Both the position numbers and the translations under genes were made by a program. This document shows, piece by piece, positions 37,755 to 39,920 of a DNA stretch of 39,920 nucleotides. Source of the DNA: Acidilobaceae archaeon (GTDB taxonomy: Archaea; Thermoproteota; Thermoprotei_A; Sulfolobales; Acidilobaceae); the NCBI GenBank assembly GCA_027081695.1, contig JALWJI010000153.1, positions 1 to 39,920 of the forward strand, written 5' to 3'. Positions within the stretch are counted from its first letter, which is position 1, and each line of letters begins with the position of its first letter. The notes beneath the pieces were generated by a model. That model saw nothing but the letters and a program-made list of their open reading frames with translations, did not search any database and was not told the origin of the DNA.

Positions 37755-37777
37755 ACCCCCCAGTTTCCAATGGAAAC
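37755..37777 (-). promoter_or_regulatory. ORB1 origin recognition box
   Basis: GTTTCCATTGGAAACTGGGGGGT: TCCA-N3-GAAA dyad plus G-string. Confidence 0.85.
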
Positions 37778-37801
37778 ACATACCAATACCCGGAGCCAGG
37801 G

Positions 37802-37822
37802 ACCCCCTCGTTTCCTATGCAC
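37802..37822 (-). promoter_or_regulatory. ORB2 origin recognition box
   Basis: GTGCATAGGAAACGAGGGGGT; shares an exact 20-mer with ORB4 (37800-37819 = 38025-38044). Confidence 0.8.
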
Positions 37823-37963
37823 TTATCTTAAACTAGAACTCCTGTATAACGTTTCACTTGGATATAATTGGTTTGCATAATGATTATATCTAAATATATA
37901 TAATTAAAAATATATTAATATAACATAATTTAAATCTTCCATAGAGAAAGATCCGATATACTA

Positions 37964-37985
37964 GTTCCATAGGAAATAGGGGGGT
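37964..37985 (+). promoter_or_regulatory. ORB3 origin recognition box
   Basis: GTTCCATAGGAAATAGGGGGGT; inverted relative to ORB2 across the AT-rich tract. Confidence 0.87.
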
Positions 37986-38026
37986 CTGGGACCTCCTTCG
38001 TTGTATGTTTCTGGGGTTTATAAAGG

Positions 38027-38047
38027 ACCCCCTCGTTTCCTATGGAG
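38027..38047 (-). promoter_or_regulatory. ORB4 origin recognition box
   Basis: CTCCATAGGAAACGAGGGGGT. Confidence 0.87.
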
Positions 38048-38228
38048 CAGATATAAGGATATAATGTAACATAATAAATTAAATTTTTAATTTATTTTAA
38101 TTATTAATATGTTATAATATATACATAGTGATTCAGAAAATTTAAATTGTTACCGTTTTTGATTGTAAAAGGGAGATGTCGATAATTATTTATATATATT
38201 ACCTAAATTATTGTGTATATATTTAATA

Positions 38229-38356
38229 TTATGTACCGGAAAAAATCTCGAGTATTATTAATTGAATATGCGGCTAGGCGAAGGGTAGCGGATCGCAAAG
38301 CCTCACTTCCATAACATGGGGCTTACCCCTAATGTAGAAGTATTTCCGGTATATAA
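38229..38356 (+). other. 128-bp element bounded by 16-bp inverted repeats, with an internal GC-rich stem-loop cluster
   Basis: TTATGTACCGGAAAAA (38229-38244) vs TATTTCCGGTATATAA (38341-38356), 14/16 complementary; internal stem AAGCCTCA/TGGGGCTT. Confidence 0.45.
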
Positions 38357-38373
38357 ATGTTTGGGTGTGGTGT

Positions 38374-38814
38374 ATGAGTGTTGCGGTGGTTGGCCCGGGT
38401 ATTACTCCTGGGCAACGGTTAGAGATACTCGAGCGGACTATTGTTAGGTATGCTGTGGCTCTTGCTACGGTCGAGGAATTCATTGATGCCGGTGAGAGAG
38501 GTACGACGCTTCTAGTGGATCCTAGCTATGTCGCGATGAAGATCCTAGAGAGAGCATGGGATATTCTAGGCATGCTGGGCATACAGCTTACACTTCATGA
38601 GTATCAGTACCTTATTGGGTTTAGGCAGAATGCTAAGATCGCGGCAGAGGACGTAATTAGATATGCCTTACCCGTCCTTAAACAAGTATGTGGTAGGGAG
38701 AAACTTATCCGCATAATTAAAGGGTTTAGACTGGAGGACTTAACTAGAGATAAAGAGTCGATGAATAAGTTTAAAGAATGCAGAGAGGCTCTTAGGAAAA
38801 AACTCTTCAACTAA
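38374..38814 (+). CDS. Hypothetical protein adjacent to the origin
   Basis: 146-aa ORF from ATG 38374 with GGTG SD (the ORF track starts it at 38365); family not recognised. Confidence 0.7.
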   Translation: MSVAVVGPGITPGQRLEILERTIVRYAVALATVEEFIDAGERGTTLLVDPSYVAMKILERAWDILGMLGIQLTLHEYQYLIGFRQNAKIAAEDVIRYALPVLKQVCGREKLIRIIKGFRLEDLTRDKESMNKFKECREALRKKLFN

Positions 38815-38974
38815 ACTAGAGGATGTGGTCAAAGACATATTTCCGATGGTATAAGAGCTAGGAGGCCTCTGTTCTTATAAAAGTACTTGTGTTCATCACT
38901 CGGTTTGTACTTAATGTCTAGTTTATTCTATGTGATCTAGTAGGGACAATCATTAAGGGCCATATAAACTACCT

Positions 38975-39706
38975 ATGCAAGCGGGGATATCGATGTGCGA
39001 TCCTAAGGAAGCAGCTGCTAGAGGAGCTCTAAGCATTCTGTCAGAGTTGGAGGAGCCTATACGTGTCATGGGGGTTGGTACGGGATCGACCGTTGATAGG
39101 TTCATCTCGTTGCTTGCTGGATCAGAGATATCAGATGGTATTGAGGGATATGTTCCTACAAGTATCGATACGAGTCTAAAACTCTACAGTCGTGGTCTTA
39201 GAAGAGTATTGGATAGTATTCCGGTATCCGATAAGATAGACGTCTACGTTGATGGAGCCGACGAGGTGGATCCTTCAGGAAACCTGATAAAGGGTAGGGG
39301 AGGGGCTCTTCTCGGCGAGAAGATATTAGCGTACTCGAGCAGGCTCAATATTATAATAGTTGACGAGTCCAAGCTTGTAGAGACGCTGGGAGAAAAGAAG
39401 CCCGTTCCAGTAGAGGTTGTTCCCAGAGCCCTCGGATACGTCTATCGGGTTCTGAAGTCAATGGGGCTAAACCCGAGGCATAGATCATGTAATTGTAAGG
39501 ATGGGCCAGCAGTATCCGATAATGGAGGAATACTCCTTGACCTATATACAGGTCCTATAAAGGATCCCCGACGGCTAGACATGGAGCTCCACATGATACC
39601 GGGGATCGTTGAGACCGGACTATTCCTAGGGCTAACCGACATAGTCGTCGTTGGGTCTAGGGACTGTTCTTGGAGGATGCTTAGATTTGACCGGGGAAGA
39701 AGATGA
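38975..39706 (+). CDS. rpiA: Ribose-5-phosphate isomerase A
   Basis: GVGTGST, DGADEVD, KGRGGALLGEK, VDESK, PVEV and PGIVETGLF; alternative start at 38993. Confidence 0.96.
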   Translation: MQAGISMCDPKEAAARGALSILSELEEPIRVMGVGTGSTVDRFISLLAGSEISDGIEGYVPTSIDTSLKLYSRGLRRVLDSIPVSDKIDVYVDGADEVDPSGNLIKGRGGALLGEKILAYSSRLNIIIVDESKLVETLGEKKPVPVEVVPRALGYVYRVLKSMGLNPRHRSCNCKDGPAVSDNGGILLDLYTGPIKDPRRLDMELHMIPGIVETGLFLGLTDIVVVGSRDCSWRMLRFDRGRR

Positions 39707-39920
39707 GAAAATACTAGACCTAGACGTGGAAGAGGAACTCTCCAAAGGACCGCCTCCTGAGCTAGAGCAGAGGATTCAATATGCAGCTAATAGTGGTAGA
39801 TTTGTCCTCTTGTGGCGTGATCCACTGATACTCGTATATTTGGGGGAGAACGGGGACTATGTGGTTGTCGACGGGGTTTATTGTAGCTGTGAGGGTTTTG
39901 CTAGGAGGGTTTCCCGCAGA
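39687..39920 (+). CDS. Probable SWIM zinc-finger protein (3' truncated by window edge; not in the ORF track)
   Basis: TTG 39687 after GGAGG; frame open to the end: ...VYLGENGDYVVVDGVYCSCEGFARRVSRR (CxC..F start of a SWIM motif). Confidence 0.7.
   Translation, partial: MTGEEDEKILDLDVEEELSKGPPPELEQRIQYAANSGRFVLLWRDPLILVYLGENGDYVVVDGVYCSCEGFARRVSRR

Larger units (their letters stand above)
37755..38270. other. Chromosomal replication origin (oriC1 type) with four ORB elements and AT-rich unwinding tracts
   Basis: ORBs at 37755-37777(-), 37802-37822(-), 37964-37985(+) and 38027-38047(-); AT-rich tracts at about 37860-37935 and 38050-38270; largest intergenic region in the window. Confidence 0.88.

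Noticed and set aside
37755..38047. Spaced repeats of about 21 bp resembling a small CRISPR array
   Set aside because: Orientations are mixed, spacing is irregular, there are no cas genes, and the sequence matches ORB elements.
38274..38483. 69-aa minus-strand ORF over the origin flank
   Set aside because: It is antisense to the better-supported 38374-38814 ORF and has no motifs.
38830..38899. Possible C/D box sRNA (GTGATGA on the minus strand at 38893-38899)
   Set aside because: No CTGA box D or convincing C'/D' boxes at the expected 50-60 nt spacing.

Overview
Core chromosomal region of a hyperthermophilic crenarchaeon (Thermoproteota, most consistent with Desulfurococcales / Aeropyrum-like, inferred from gene content, long S6e, split MetE and ORB sequences). 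From left to right: the 3' part of apgM, an HD hydrolase, a JAMM-motif protein, NfeD and an acyl-CoA dehydrogenase. Next is a rearranged copy of the conserved archaeal translation/transcription superoperon (rpl24e, rps28e, ndk, infB, rps6e, eif2g, PIN, rpoE1, spt4, dephospho-CoA kinase, rps24e, rps27ae, kae1, bud32, rdgB). Then come tRNA-Leu, tRNA-Ala, orc1-1/cdc6, DUF99, mdh, a split-MetE operon, a MacB/LolD-type ABC pair, tRNA-Val, a Fur-family regulator, a five-gene Opp/Dpp ABC importer, an Lrp-domain protein and tiaS. A replication origin with four ORB elements and AT-rich unwinding tracts lies at about 37.75-38.27 kb, roughly 20 kb from orc1-1, followed by an orphan ORF, rpiA and a partial SWIM-finger gene. 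No integrase, transposase or CRISPR array was seen. The most interesting unexplained signals are: a 23-bp palindromic site (core TGTTAAC-N6-GTTAACA) present twice, once abutting ORB1 and once inside tiaS, each at a local G+T to A+C skew flip; a 128-bp inverted-repeat-bounded structured element beside the origin; a mini-ORB in the orc1-1 leader; gene-orientation-independent strand skew domains; and a GC-rich hairpin in the rps6e leader. All calls come from reading the sequence; no searches were run.
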